Of a DNA stretch of 64,000 bases, positions 19,452-30,228 are shown piece by piece. The translations under genes and the position numbers were made by a program. Origin of the DNA: Candidatus Micrarchaeia archaeon (GTDB taxonomy: Archaea; Micrarchaeota; Micrarchaeia; Anstonellales; Anstonellaceae); the NCBI GenBank assembly GCA_041665945.1, contig JBAYHU010000001.1, positions 31,863 through 95,862 on the forward strand, in the 5' to 3' direction. How positions within the stretch are numbered: the stretch's first letter is position 1; the number at the start of each line of letters is the position of its first letter. A model generated the notes under the pieces. It ran no database searches and was not told the DNA's origin. It saw nothing but the letters and a program-made list of their open reading frames with translations.

Positions 19452-19609
19452 GGATAAAACCTGCGGACAGGTTTTGTCCGCAGCGGAAGCCTACAGGATT
19501 CCGCTCCAAGGTACATTCCTGTGCAGCCAAAGCTTATAAGCTAATGTATTTTTTTGTGCAACTTAGTATTAAAAAGGACAGTCGACAGAAACGTGCCAAG
19601 GTGAAAAAA

Positions 19610-20923
19610 ATGGCTGAAGAAAGAGTGAAAATTTTGCTTGGGGAAAACGACGTTCCGAGGAATTTCTACAACATCGTGCCGGACTTGCCGCGCGCGCTTG
19701 ACCCGCCGCTGCATCCCGGCACAAAGGAGCCGGCTACCGCGGGAATGCTCGAGGCGATTTTCCCCAAAGAGGTCGTAAGGCAGGAAATGTCGCAGGAGAG
19801 ATACATTCCGATTCCCGCGGAAGTGAGAGATGCATTATTGCGCTCGGGAAGGCCAAGCCCGATGTTCAGGGCGACGAAGCTTGAGAAATACCTGAAAACG
19901 CCTGCGAGGATATACTTCAAGCACGAGGGATTGAACCCGTGCGGAAGCCACAAGCCAAATACCGCTATTGCGCAGACTTATTACAACATGAAGGAGGGAG
20001 TGGAGAACCTCGCCACCGAGACCGGCGCAGGGCAGTGGGGAACGGCGCTTGCGTACTCCACCATGCTATTCGGGCTGAAATGCGAAGTGTTCATGGTGAA
20101 GATATCATTCACGCAAAAGCCGTACAGGAAAGTGATGATGGAGACATACGGCGCGAAGGTGCATGCCTCGCCCTCCAATGCCACGTCGTTCGGAAGGAAG
20201 GTTCTTGAGTCAGACCCGGAGCACGGCGGAAGCTTGGGGATTGCGATTTCCGAGGCGATTGAGACCGTGGTCGGCGACAAGACGGGCAAGACGAAATATT
20301 CGCTCGGAAGCGTGCTCAACCACGTGCTCGCTCACCAGACAGTAATCGGGCAGGAGTCCATAAAGCAGCTTGAGATGGAGGACGTGAAGCCCGATTATGT
20401 AATCGCCTGTGTCGGCGGCGGGAGCAACTTCGGAGGCATGGTTTTCCCGTTCTACTACGAGAAGAAGAAGGGGAAGAACAACGCGGAATTCATCGCGGTC
20501 GAGCCCTCATCCTGCCCCTCGCTTACAAAAGGCGAGTACAGGTACGACTTCGGCGACACGGCGGGAATGACGCCGCTGATGAAAATGTACACGCTTGGCA
20601 AGGATTTCATGCCCTCGAAAATACACGCGGGCGGATTGAGGTACCACGCCATGGCGCCCACTGTCTCCGCGCTGATTGCGGAAAAGGAAGCCGTGCCGGT
20701 TGCCTACGCGCAGAAGGAGGTCTTCGACGCGGGAATGCTCTTCGCAAGGACGGAGGGAATAATCCCCGCGCCCGAGTCCTCGCACGCGATAAAGGCTGCG
20801 ATTGACAAGGCGCTTGAGTGCAAGAAATCCGGCGAGGCGAAGACAATACTCTTCAACCTGTCAGGGCACGGGCTACTCGACCTCGGCGGCTATCAGGCGT
20901 ACATGGAAGGCAAGCTTGACTGA
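19610..20923 (+). CDS. trpB2: Tryptophan synthase beta-chain paralog TrpB2.
   Basis: PLP-dependent fold with [13 protein letters not shown] (Lys), a GGGSN glycine loop and TrpB2-type insertions. ATG at 19610. Confidence 0.8.
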   Translation: MAEERVKILLGENDVPRNFYNIVPDLPRALDPPLHPGTKEPATAGMLEAIFPKEVVRQEMSQERYIPIPAEVRDALLRSGRPSPMFRATKLEKYLKTPARIYFKHEGLNPCGSHKPNTAIAQTYYNMKEGVENLATETGAGQWGTALAYSTMLFGLKCEVFMVKISFTQKPYRKVMMETYGAKVHASPSNATSFGRKVLESDPEHGGSLGIAISEAIETVVGDKTGKTKYSLGSVLNHVLAHQTVIGQESIKQLEMEDVKPDYVIACVGGGSNFGGMVFPFYYEKKKGKNNAEFIAVEPSSCPSLTKGEYRYDFGDTAGMTPLMKMYTLGKDFMPSKIHAGGLRYHAMAPTVSALIAEKEAVPVAYAQKEVFDAGMLFARTEGIIPAPESSHAIKAAIDKALECKKSGEAKTILFNLSGHGLLDLGGYQAYMEGKLD

Positions 20924-21201
20924 GCTTGTTTTTTGTTCTGGCACTTGTTTTTATTTTTATTATTTTTTCCCTGCACGGGCGGCAATAATATAAAGGTTGA
21001 TGGACAGAACCCGTCTGCACTGAGAAGTGTAAAATTGTGGTTCGAATGGCAATCGCGGAAAATCTGAAGAGCAACTATTTCGGTTTCGGCTTCTTCAGCT
21101 TTAGCTATTGCCTGTAGGAAACCCCGATTTTTCTGTTTTTATTCCGGGTTTTCCTGAGGCTTTGACTGATAGTGATAACTATAAAGGTTGGAAATGAATT
21201 G

Positions 21202-22035
21202 ATGGTTGGAACGGGGATGATTGAAGTGAAAAATATCAAACTGGCGGCGCTGAACGGCAGCGGGCGCACTGTTGTGCGCGTGGGCAAGGTAAAAGTCGGC
21301 GAGGGATTCACGATTATCGCAGGTCCCTGCGGCGTGGAGTCCGAGGAGCAGACTATTGAAACCGCGGTTGCAGTGAAGGAAATGGGAGCTGACATGCTGC
21401 GCGGCGGCGCGTTCAAGCCCCGCACTTCCCCGTACGCGTTTCAGGGGCTTGGCTTGAAGGGATTGAAGATACTCGCAAAGGCGCGCGACATCACAGGCTT
21501 GCCCATTGTCACGGAAGTGATTGACACGAGGGACGTGTCATGGGTGTGCGAATACGCCGACGTCCTTCAAATCGGCGCGAGGAACATGCAGAACTTCTCG
21601 CTTCTCAAGGAAGTGGGCAAGTCAAACAAGCCGGTTTTGCTCAAGCGCGGCATGTACTCCACAATCGAGGAGTGGATGAACTGCGCGGAATACATACTCA
21701 ACGACGGGAATCCGGACGTGATATTGTGCGAGCGCGGCATCAGGACGTTTGAGACATACACGAGAAACACGCTGGATTTGTCCTCCGTGCCCTCGGCAAA
21801 GGAGCTGACACACCTGCCCGTAATAGTTGACCCCAGCCACGCGGCGGGAAAAGTCAGCCTGATTGAGCCGTTGAGCCTTGCGGCTGCGGCTGTCGGGGCG
21901 GATGGATTGATTGTGGAGGCGCACAGGAATCCTGCCGAGGCGCTCTCGGACAAGGACCAGGCGCTCACGCCCAAGCAGTTCGGGGAGCTTGCCAAGAAAT
22001 CGAGGGCGGTTTCCAAGTTCGTGAAGGGATTGTGA
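21202..22035 (+). CDS. aroA(G): 3-deoxy-7-phosphoheptulonate (DAHP) synthase, class I-beta / KDO8PS-like.
   Basis: About 278 aa with the KPRTSP motif and [12 protein letters not shown]. Confidence 0.75.
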   Translation: MVGTGMIEVKNIKLAALNGSGRTVVRVGKVKVGEGFTIIAGPCGVESEEQTIETAVAVKEMGADMLRGGAFKPRTSPYAFQGLGLKGLKILAKARDITGLPIVTEVIDTRDVSWVCEYADVLQIGARNMQNFSLLKEVGKSNKPVLLKRGMYSTIEEWMNCAEYILNDGNPDVILCERGIRTFETYTRNTLDLSSVPSAKELTHLPVIVDPSHAAGKVSLIEPLSLAAAAVGADGLIVEAHRNPAEALSDKDQALTPKQFGELAKKSRAVSKFVKGL

Positions 22036-23078
22036 TTCGGATGAGAACAATAAAACTCAAGGCGCAGAGCGGAAGTTGCGATATTCTCGTTGGCGAGTCT
22101 ATTGCGAATCTTCAGGAGTACTGCAAGGAAGGGAAAGTGGCGATAATTACCGACGCGAATGTCCGCAGGCTGCACGGCGCGAAGTTTCCCAAAGCCCCAG
22201 TGATTGAAATCGGGCTTGGCGAGGGAAACAAGACGCTTGATACTGTGCAGGAGATTTACGGAAAGTTCCTTGAGATGGAGCTTGAGCGCAATTCGCTTGT
22301 AATCGGCATTGGCGGCGGGATTGTGTGCGATATCGCGGGATTCGCTGCGGCAACTTACGCAAGGGGAGCGCGCTGCGGCTTTGTGCCGACCACGCTCATT
22401 GCACAGGCGGATGCGGCAGTGGGAGGCAAGAACGGGGTGAATTTGCAGGGCTACAAAAACCTCGTTGGCACCATACGCCAGCCTGAGTTCGTGCTGTGCG
22501 ACTTCGAGCTTCTGAAAACCCTTCCTCCGCGCGAGTTTGTGTGCGGATTTGCGGAAGTGATAAAGCACGCGGCTATCGCGGATGCGGCGCTTTTCTCCTA
22601 CCTTGAGGGGCATCTGGCAGAGGCGCTGGCGTTCAAACGCCCTGTGATTGAGAAGGCGATACATGATTCGCTTCTGGTGAAAAAAGCCATTGTCGAGGCG
22701 GACGAGAAAGAAAGCAACAGCCGCATGAAGCTCAATTTCGGGCACACTGTGGGGCACGCGGTTGAAAAGTGCCTGAAGCTTCCGCACGGCGAGGCTGTTG
22801 CAATCGGCATGGTAGCTGAAGCCAACCTGTCCTGCGCAAAGGGCATGATAACTGCGAAGGATGCGGAACGCGTGGCAGCCCTGCTTAAGAAAGCGGGATT
22901 GCCGGTTGCGCTTCCCGAAGGGAAGGTGGATGCGGCTCTGCTTCTGGATGCTGTCAAGAAAGACAAGAAGCGAAAGGGAGAAAGCATCCGCATGTCGCTT
23001 TTGGCGGAAATCGGCAAGGCGGCGATTTGCGAAGTCGAAATAGGGGAAATTGAGGGTGTGTTGAATGATTTGTGTTAG
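22032..23078 (+). CDS. aroB: 3-dehydroquinate synthase.
   Basis: [13 protein letters not shown], metal-binding His and the DHQS fold. Overlaps the upstream stop. Confidence 0.8.
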   Translation: MIRMRTIKLKAQSGSCDILVGESIANLQEYCKEGKVAIITDANVRRLHGAKFPKAPVIEIGLGEGNKTLDTVQEIYGKFLEMELERNSLVIGIGGGIVCDIAGFAAATYARGARCGFVPTTLIAQADAAVGGKNGVNLQGYKNLVGTIRQPEFVLCDFELLKTLPPREFVCGFAEVIKHAAIADAALFSYLEGHLAEALAFKRPVIEKAIHDSLLVKKAIVEADEKESNSRMKLNFGHTVGHAVEKCLKLPHGEAVAIGMVAEANLSCAKGMITAKDAERVAALLKKAGLPVALPEGKVDAALLLDAVKKDKKRKGESIRMSLLAEIGKAAICEVEIGEIEGVLNDLC

Positions 23079-23711
23079 CATAGCGGATTGCACTGCAACT
23101 GAATGCCTCAAGGCGTTAGTTGGCGTCAAGGCGGCTGAAATCAGGCTTGAGACCATTTCCAAGATAGACGAAACAGCCGTAAAATGGATTCTCGGCTCCA
23201 AGGCAAAAATTGTCGCGACCTGCAGGCCGGGCAAGATGCCTGACGAGAAGAGGAAAAAGCTTCTCTTGGCTGCGATTGCAGCTGGAGCGGCATATGTTGA
23301 TGTGGAAGTGGATGCTCCGGACGAGTACAAGCAGGAAATTGTGGAAGCCGCCAATGCAAAAGGTTGCGAAGTTATCGTTTCGTTCCACGACCACGAGAAA
23401 ACGCCTGTGCGCGAGGAATGGAGCAGACTATTGACTGGTGCTTCAATTCCGGCGCGGACATCGCAAAGATTGCCTGCAAGGTGAATTCCAAGGCGGAAGC
23501 CGCGAGGCTGCTTGGCTTGCTGGATGATGAGCGCGAGCTTATCATCGTTGGCATGGGAGACGAGGGGAAAATCGTGCGCATAGCCGCGCCATTGCTTGGA
23601 AGCAGGATTGCATATGTTTCGCAGGGCAAGGGGAAGGAGACTGCAAGCGGGCAGATGGCTGCCGAGGAGCTTGAGAGAAAGATGAAGGAGATTTCAAATG
23701 GCAAGGACTAG
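23065..23711 (+). pseudogene. aroD: 3-dehydroquinate dehydratase type I, interrupted by a single-nucleotide frameshift near 23415-23435.
   Basis: Frame 1 (23065-23484) encodes the N-terminal two-thirds ending HDHEKTP. Frame 3 (23364-23711) encodes the remainder, IDWCFNSGADIAKIA...IIVGMGDEGKIVRI. A 1-nt indel joins them. Confidence 0.6.
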
Positions 23712-25014
23712 GATATTCGCAAGCACGGGAAAGCCCATCATGCATAGCATAAGCCCGCAGATGCACAATGCCGCATTCCACGAGCTTGGCATGGATGCTG
23801 TTTACATCAGATTGGCGGCTGCGAACGCGGATGCCGCGCTTCTGGCTGCAAGGCAGATTGGAATGGACGGGCTGAATGTCACAACGCCATACAAGGAGGA
23901 GTTTGTGCGGCTGATGGATAACGTGGATGAAAGCGCTGCAAGCGTGGGCGCTGTGAATACCGTCAAATTGGAGAAAGGGAAGGCAACAGGATTCAATACG
24001 GATGGGAACGGAGTGTCGGGCGCGCTTATCGGCAATGGAATTGAGATAAGCGGGAAAAAGGCAGTGGTTCTTGGCGCGGGAGGCGCAGCAATGGCAGCAG
24101 TGAATGCGCTTTGCAGCAACGGGGCGGAAGTGATTGTGGCAAACAGGACACACCGGAAGGCAAAGGCATTGGCAGAAAGGTTCGGATGCGGTGCGTGTTC
24201 GCTTGAGGAAAAGGAGCTGGGGGCTGCACTTGATGGCGCGGACATTGTTGTTTCTGCTCTAAGCACGCACGAGCGGGTGGTTCCAAGGGGAATGCTTGGA
24301 AAAAACACGGTTGTGCTTGAAGCAATATACGCAAAGGGCACTGCACTTGCGGCGGATGCAAAGGAAAACGGCTGCCGCGTGCTTGAGGGAAGGGAATGGC
24401 TCTTGTGGCAGGGCGTGAAGGCATTTGAGATATTCACGGGAAGCAAGGCTCCGGAAAAAGCCATGCAGGCTGCGATTGCGAAAAAGGAGGCGCACAAGGG
24501 CAATATCGCGCTTGTCGGTTTTATGGGAAGCGGAAAGAGCCGCATTGCAAGGGAAATTTCCAAGCTTGCCGGCATGGAAAGGATTGACACTGACGAGAAA
24601 ATCAGGGAAATTGCCGGAAAGAGCATCAACGATATTTTCAAGCAGGATGGCGAGAGGGCATTCCGCGAGCTTGAAAGGCAGGCGATTGCCAATCTGCAAG
24701 GCGTTCACGGGAACGTGATTTCCTGCGGTGGCGGGGCGGTGCTTGACTCGCGCAATGTCGCTGTGCTGAAGGAAAATTGCACGATTGTCTGGCTTTGGGC
24801 AAGTGAGGAGGAGACGTGCCGCAGGCTGGAAGGGGAGAAAGGCAGGCCATTGCTTGATGCGAAAGACAGGAAGGAAAGGATTGGGGCGCTTCTGGCAGAG
24901 AGGATTCCTGCATACGCCACCTGCGCGGACTTGGTTGTCGGCACGGAAGGCATGAGTGCGAATGATGTTGCGAAGTTGATTATTGATGAAACAGGCATTG
25001 CCGGGAAAAATTAG
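23698..25014 (+). CDS. aroE-aroK: Fused shikimate dehydrogenase and bacterial-type (P-loop) shikimate kinase.
   Basis: N-terminal AroE motifs (NVTTPYK, GAGGAAMA). C-terminal AroK motifs (GFMGSGKS ... LID domain). Confidence 0.8.
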   Translation: MARTRIFASTGKPIMHSISPQMHNAAFHELGMDAVYIRLAAANADAALLAARQIGMDGLNVTTPYKEEFVRLMDNVDESAASVGAVNTVKLEKGKATGFNTDGNGVSGALIGNGIEISGKKAVVLGAGGAAMAAVNALCSNGAEVIVANRTHRKAKALAERFGCGACSLEEKELGAALDGADIVVSALSTHERVVPRGMLGKNTVVLEAIYAKGTALAADAKENGCRVLEGREWLLWQGVKAFEIFTGSKAPEKAMQAAIAKKEAHKGNIALVGFMGSGKSRIAREISKLAGMERIDTDEKIREIAGKSINDIFKQDGERAFRELERQAIANLQGVHGNVISCGGGAVLDSRNVAVLKENCTIVWLWASEEETCRRLEGEKGRPLLDAKDRKERIGALLAERIPAYATCADLVVGTEGMSANDVAKLIIDETGIAGKN

Positions 25015-27325
25015 GGGCAGCCTTCAGGCGCCTTCTTCAAAGAGCATGGCACAGCGCGCCGTGGCAGCCGCGGCAATGGCAGAAGGCATATCCGAGATAA
25101 GGAATTACCCTGATTGCGACGATGCGCTTGCGGCGATTGAGTGCGCAAGGGCGCTTGGGGCAGGAGTAAGCAGCGCGAATGGCAAGCTGATTGTCGCGGG
25201 CAACGGGAAGCCGGACGGCTCGGAGTTGCATTGCGGCGAGTCGGGGCTTTGCCTTCGCATGTTCACGCCGATTGCCGCGCTTTCGGATACGCAAACCGTG
25301 ATTACCGGCAAGGGCTCGCTTCTTTCCCGCCCTGTTGGCATGGCGCAGCAGCCGCTTGAGGCGCTTGGCGCTTCATGCGAGACGAACAGAGGCAAGCCGC
25401 CAATCACAGTCATTGGCCCGATTCACGGCGGAAAACTGGAGGTGGACGGCTCGGCAAGCTCGCAGTTCATAACGGGATTGCTGATGGCGCTTCCGCTGTG
25501 CAGGGAAAATTCCGTGATTAGTGTTTCAAACCCGAAAAGCAAGCCATACCTGCGGATGACTGTTTCGCTTCTGGAAAAATTCGGAGTAAATGTGGAATGC
25601 AATGCCTCGATGGACAAGTTCGTAATCAAAGGCGGGCAGAAATACAAGCCAACCGCCCATACCGTAGAGGGGGACTGGTCCGCTGCCGCGTTCCTGCTTG
25701 TTGCAGGCGCGATTGCAGGGAAAGTCCGCGTGCGCGGGCTTGGCATGGATTCGCTTCAGGCTGACCGCGCGATAGTGGATGCGCTGAAGCTTGCAGGAGC
25801 AAAAGTCAGGGTGAACGAGGATTGTGTGGGTGCCGAGAAGGCGGAATTGAAGTGTTTCGAGTTCGATGCCACGGACTGCCCAGACCTGTTCCCGCCGCTT
25901 GTGGCGCTTGCCTGCAATTGCAGGGGGAAGAGCAGGATTTCAGGCGCGCTTCGCCTGAAAGGCAAGGAGAGCGACAGGTCTGCGGTGCTTGTTTCCGAAT
26001 TCGCGAAGATTGGCGGCAAAGTCAGCATAAGCAATGGCGGCGACGTGATGGAAATTGAGGGCTGCGCGCTTTCCGGCGGGAAGGCGGACTCGCACAATGA
26101 CCACAGGATTGCCATGGCGCTTGCGATTGCGGCGCTGAATTCGCAGAAGGGCGTGAGCATAGAGGGGGCGGAGTGCGTTTCAAAATCATACCCCAAGTTT
26201 TTCGAGGACTTGGAAGCTTTGCAGGAAGGAGGGAGAAGCATGGACCCATTTTCATTCGGGAATAATTTCCGCATAACCGCATTCGGAAGCAGCCACGGGC
26301 CGCACGTGGGCGTGGAGATAGAGGGCTGCCCTGCCGGCGTTGAAGTGGGCGAGGCGGACGTGCAGATGTGGCTTGACAGGAGAAAGCCCGGCGCAAGCCC
26401 GCTTGCCTCTGCGCGCAAGGAAGAGGACCGCGTGATAGTGGAGAGCGGGATTGAGAACGGGAAGACCACGGGCGGGAAGATGCGGATGATTGTGAAGAAC
26501 ACAGATACGAAATCGAAGGATTACGAAAAGTTCGGCGAAGTTCCGCGCCCGGGGCACGCGGATTACCCGTCCATTGCCAAATACGGAAGCGCGCAGGCAG
26601 GCGGGGGTTTCTTCTCCGGAAGGATGACAGCGGCATTTGTCATGGCGGGGGCTGTTGCAAAGAAGCTCCTTGAGGCAAGGGGAGTGCAAACGCTTGCGTT
26701 CTCGCGGCAGATTGGAAAAGTGCGCGATGAAAAGGGCACCAAGGATGCGGACGTGCGGAAGAACGTTTACCAGAACGCTGTTCGGGCGGCTGACCTGTCG
26801 CTTGCGGAAGCGATGCAGAAGGAAATCGAATCCGCAAAAGCAGAGGGGGATTCTGTCGGCGGAGTGGTGGAGTGCCGCGTAATCGGGCTTCCGGCAGGGA
26901 AGGGGGAGCCGATGTTCCTGTCCATTGAGGGCAGGCTTTCGCAGGCAATGTTCGCAATTCCCGCGGTGAAGGGAGTGGAATTCGGCGCGGGGTTTGCCGC
27001 TGCGGGAATGCTGGGCTCGCAGAATAACGACCAGTTCGTTGCTTCCGGCGGGAAAATCGGCACGAAGACGAACAATGCGGGCGGGATACTGGGCGGGCTT
27101 TCGACCGGAATGCCGGTTGTGTTCAGGGTGGCGTTCAAGCCGACCTCCAGCATTTTCAAGCCGCAGGCGACTGCGAATTTGAAGACCATGAAGGAGGAGA
27201 AGCTCGTGATTGCGGGAAGGCACGACCCGTGCATTGCCATCCGGGCTGTACCCGTAGTGGAATGCGTGGCTGCTGTATGCGCCGCGGATTTGATGCTTGC
27301 AGAAGGGGAAGCAAAGGGGGAATGA
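24983..27325 (+). CDS. aroA-aroC: Fused EPSP synthase and chorismate synthase.
   Basis: N-terminal about 410 aa EPSPS (KSMAQRAVAAAAMAEG, LRLKGKESDR). C-terminal about 365 aa chorismate synthase (FGSSHGP, GGRSSARETA-like motifs). Confidence 0.8.
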   Translation: MMKQALPGKIRGSLQAPSSKSMAQRAVAAAAMAEGISEIRNYPDCDDALAAIECARALGAGVSSANGKLIVAGNGKPDGSELHCGESGLCLRMFTPIAALSDTQTVITGKGSLLSRPVGMAQQPLEALGASCETNRGKPPITVIGPIHGGKLEVDGSASSQFITGLLMALPLCRENSVISVSNPKSKPYLRMTVSLLEKFGVNVECNASMDKFVIKGGQKYKPTAHTVEGDWSAAAFLLVAGAIAGKVRVRGLGMDSLQADRAIVDALKLAGAKVRVNEDCVGAEKAELKCFEFDATDCPDLFPPLVALACNCRGKSRISGALRLKGKESDRSAVLVSEFAKIGGKVSISNGGDVMEIEGCALSGGKADSHNDHRIAMALAIAALNSQKGVSIEGAECVSKSYPKFFEDLEALQEGGRSMDPFSFGNNFRITAFGSSHGPHVGVEIEGCPAGVEVGEADVQMWLDRRKPGASPLASARKEEDRVIVESGIENGKTTGGKMRMIVKNTDTKSKDYEKFGEVPRPGHADYPSIAKYGSAQAGGGFFSGRMTAAFVMAGAVAKKLLEARGVQTLAFSRQIGKVRDEKGTKDADVRKNVYQNAVRAADLSLAEAMQKEIESAKAEGDSVGGVVECRVIGLPAGKGEPMFLSIEGRLSQAMFAIPAVKGVEFGAGFAAAGMLGSQNNDQFVASGGKIGTKTNNAGGILGGLSTGMPVVFRVAFKPTSSIFKPQATANLKTMKEEKLVIAGRHDPCIAIRAVPVVECVAAVCAADLMLAEGEAKGE

Positions 27326-27329
27326 GGAT

Positions 27330-28388
27330 ATGAAACTCGAGGAATTGCGCGGAAAGGTCGACCTGATAGATGCGGAAGTCATCAAGCTCCTTGCAGCGAG
27401 GATGGAACTCGCGCTTCGCACGAGGAAGCTCAAGGATGGCGTGGTGGACAGCGGGCGCGAGAAGGAGGTAATGGAGCGCGTGCGAAAGTCGTCCGTGGGG
27501 CTTGTGTCACCGGAATTCTCCGAAAAATTGTTCAGGGAGATAATCGCGGAATCGAAAAAGCTTCAGGATAAAAACCCCGTTCTTATCGGATTCCAGGGCG
27601 AACACGGGGCGTACGGCGAAATGGCTGTGCGGGCTTATTCCCATTCGGCGATACCCATTTCCTGCAAGGAGTTCACGGATGTTTTCTCGGCTGTTGAGAA
27701 GGGGCAGCTTGACTTCGGAATCGTGCCAGTGGAAAACTCGCTTGAGGGCGCGGTAACGCAGGTGAACGACCTTCTGGTCGAAACAACGCTCCAGATTGTC
27801 GGCGAACTTCGCGTGCCGGTGCACCACTGCCTGTTGTCATTGCCTGACGCGGATTACCATGACATACGCGTGGTGTATTCGCACCCGCAGGCGCTCGCGC
27901 AGTGCAGGGGTTTCATAGGCAGGAACAAGCTTGAGCCGCGCCCGTATTACGACACGGCAGGGGCTGCGGAGATGCTTGCCAACGAGCGGCCCAGGGCGGC
28001 TGCGGCGATAGCGTCGAAACTGTGCGCCGAGCTTTACGGCTTGGACGTGCTCAAGGAGAATATCGAAGACCACGAGTCCAACTCCACGAGGTTTGTGGTG
28101 CTTGCAAGGGAGAAGCCGGAAAAGAAGGGCAACAAGTGCTCGATAATCTTCTCCACCTCCCACAAGGCAGGCTCGCTGTTCTTGGTGCTCGGGGCGTTTT
28201 CTGAAGCCGAGATAAACCTCACCAGAATCGAATCCCGCCCTATTCGGAGCGAACCGAAGAAATACGCGTTTCTCCTCGACTTCCAGGGCGCGGATACCGA
28301 TTCCAAGGTGGTCGCTGCGATGAAGAAGGTGAAGGAGGAGACCTCGATGCTCAAGTTCTTGGGCTGCTACGATGAGGCGAAAGAATAG
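27330..28388 (+). CDS. pheA: Bifunctional chorismate mutase / prephenate dehydratase (P-protein).
   Basis: N-terminal CM helix-bundle, the PDT domain (ESRP motif region) and a C-terminal ACT domain. Confidence 0.75.
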   Translation: MKLEELRGKVDLIDAEVIKLLAARMELALRTRKLKDGVVDSGREKEVMERVRKSSVGLVSPEFSEKLFREIIAESKKLQDKNPVLIGFQGEHGAYGEMAVRAYSHSAIPISCKEFTDVFSAVEKGQLDFGIVPVENSLEGAVTQVNDLLVETTLQIVGELRVPVHHCLLSLPDADYHDIRVVYSHPQALAQCRGFIGRNKLEPRPYYDTAGAAEMLANERPRAAAAIASKLCAELYGLDVLKENIEDHESNSTRFVVLAREKPEKKGNKCSIIFSTSHKAGSLFLVLGAFSEAEINLTRIESRPIRSEPKKYAFLLDFQGADTDSKVVAAMKKVKEETSMLKFLGCYDEAKE

Positions 28389-28400
28389 GATGGATAGCGG

Positions 28401-29183
28401 GTGGATTGCATGAAAATAGCGATAATCGGCGCGGGAAAGATGGGATGCTGGCTGGCATCTGCGCTTGCAGAGGGCAACGAAGTCGCCCTCTATGACAAGA
28501 CGCCTGCCAAGGCGCAGAAGATTGCGGGAGTGAAGCCCCTGCAGTCCCTGCCCGAGCTTGCGGCTTTTGCGCCCGAGCTTCTGGTAAACGCGGCAAGCCT
28601 GCAAAATACCGTCGAGGCGTTTGAACAGTCTGTGCCTCACCTGCCAGAGGGCTGCGTGATTGCCGACGTTGCGTCCGTGAAGAACGGGCTTGCAGACTAC
28701 TACAAAAAAAGCGGGAGGAAATTCGCCTCCATGCATCCCATGTTCGGGCCGACGTTCGCGGATTTCGACTCGCTTCGGGAGGAGAACGCGGTAATCATAA
28801 GCGAATCCGAACCTGCGATTGCCGAATTCTTCATGAAATTCTTCGCGCGCCTTGGAGTGAAGACGTATGAGATGAGCTTCATGGAGCACGACAAGATGAT
28901 GGCATACTCGCTCACCACGCCATTCGTAAGCTCGCTTGTCTTCGCATCCTGCATAGACAGGACGGCTGTGCCCGGCGCGACGTTCGCAAGGCACATGAAG
29001 ATAGCCAAGGGGCTGCTGTCGGAAGACGACCATTTGCTCTGCGAGATATTGTTCAACGAGCAGTCCGTCCCGCAAATCGAGAAAATCTCCGCGAAGCTCC
29101 AGCACCTCAAGCACATAATCGCGGGCAGGGACAGGGAAGAGGCGAAGGAATTCCTGGACAAGCTGCGGGAAAAAATCGGGTGA
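28401..29183 (+). CDS. tyrA: Prephenate dehydrogenase.
   Basis: IIGAGKMG Rossmann motif and the TyrA core. Confidence 0.7.
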   Translation: MDCMKIAIIGAGKMGCWLASALAEGNEVALYDKTPAKAQKIAGVKPLQSLPELAAFAPELLVNAASLQNTVEAFEQSVPHLPEGCVIADVASVKNGLADYYKKSGRKFASMHPMFGPTFADFDSLREENAVIISESEPAIAEFFMKFFARLGVKTYEMSFMEHDKMMAYSLTTPFVSSLVFASCIDRTAVPGATFARHMKIAKGLLSEDDHLLCEILFNEQSVPQIEKISAKLQHLKHIIAGRDREEAKEFLDKLREKIG

Positions 29184-29187
29184 AGCC

Positions 29188-30228
29188 ATGTTCTACAAAA
29201 TCGCGGAAAAGGCGCTTGCGCTTGATGCAAAGGGGAAGAAAATCGTCCGGCTGAACGTGGGCGACACCAATCTTCCCACTCCGGAATGCGCGATTGAAGC
29301 CGCAGCCAAAAGCATGAAGGAGGGCAAGTCGGGGTACGTGCCAACGGCGGGCATGCCCAAGCTTCGCGAAGCGATAGCAGCGCGCGAGGGCTGCGGCGTG
29401 GAAAATGTCGTGGTGGGGCCGGGCTCAAAGCACCTGCTGTTCGGGCTTCTTTCTGTCCTTTGCAAAAAGGGAGGGAGTGTGGCGTTCCAGTCGCCGCATT
29501 ACCCCGCGTATGCGCTTGCCTGCGGGCAGCTGGGGCTGGGCGTAAAGCTTGCTGAAACGACGCTGGAGGGGAAATGGCAGATGGGCGGCGTGCCCGCCGC
29601 GGATGCGCTGGTCATTTGCAACCCTCTGAACCCGACAAGCACCATCTGCGAAAGCGTGAATGTTGCAAAGGCGATTGGCGATGCAAAAGCAAGGGGAATC
29701 CCCGTTATAGCGGATGAGGCATACCGGGGGATTGCGTTCGAAGATATTCCGGTGCCGGATGCGATACGCGTGCGCTCGTTCTCAAAGGAATTCAACATGG
29801 AATCCTGGCGGCTGGGCTATGCCGTCGCGCCCAAAGAGGTTGCCGGAAAATTGGTGGAATTCTTGCAGGCGACTTCCACCTGCGTCGCCCCGTTCGTGCA
29901 GGCTGCGGGAATAGCGTGCCTTGAAAACGAGGAAGAGCTTCTTGAAATCAACCGCGAGATTTGGAAGATGAGGATAGAGGCGGCGTCAAAAGCGATGGGC
30001 GCGGCTGGCTTCAGGTTCGCAGCACCGCAGGCAGGGATGTATGTTTTTGCCTCGCACGAGGGGATAGCTGACGCTGAAAAATATGCGATGAAGCTTCTTG
30101 AAAAAGGGGTTGCAGTCGCGCCGGGCAAGGCGTTTGGCAATTTCAAAAGTTTTGTCAGGATTTGCGCCAACCAGCCCGAGGATGTGCTGGAAGATGCAAT
30201 CGCGAAGATGGGCGAGGCGGCAAAGTAA
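29188..30228 (+). CDS. Class I/II PLP-dependent aminotransferase (probable aromatic/aspartate aminotransferase).
   Basis: SFSKEF Lys motif and the overall fold. Last gene of the aromatic cluster. Confidence 0.7.
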   Translation: MFYKIAEKALALDAKGKKIVRLNVGDTNLPTPECAIEAAAKSMKEGKSGYVPTAGMPKLREAIAAREGCGVENVVVGPGSKHLLFGLLSVLCKKGGSVAFQSPHYPAYALACGQLGLGVKLAETTLEGKWQMGGVPAADALVICNPLNPTSTICESVNVAKAIGDAKARGIPVIADEAYRGIAFEDIPVPDAIRVRSFSKEFNMESWRLGYAVAPKEVAGKLVEFLQATSTCVAPFVQAAGIACLENEEELLEINREIWKMRIEAASKAMGAAGFRFAAPQAGMYVFASHEGIADAEKYAMKLLEKGVAVAPGKAFGNFKSFVRICANQPEDVLEDAIAKMGEAAK

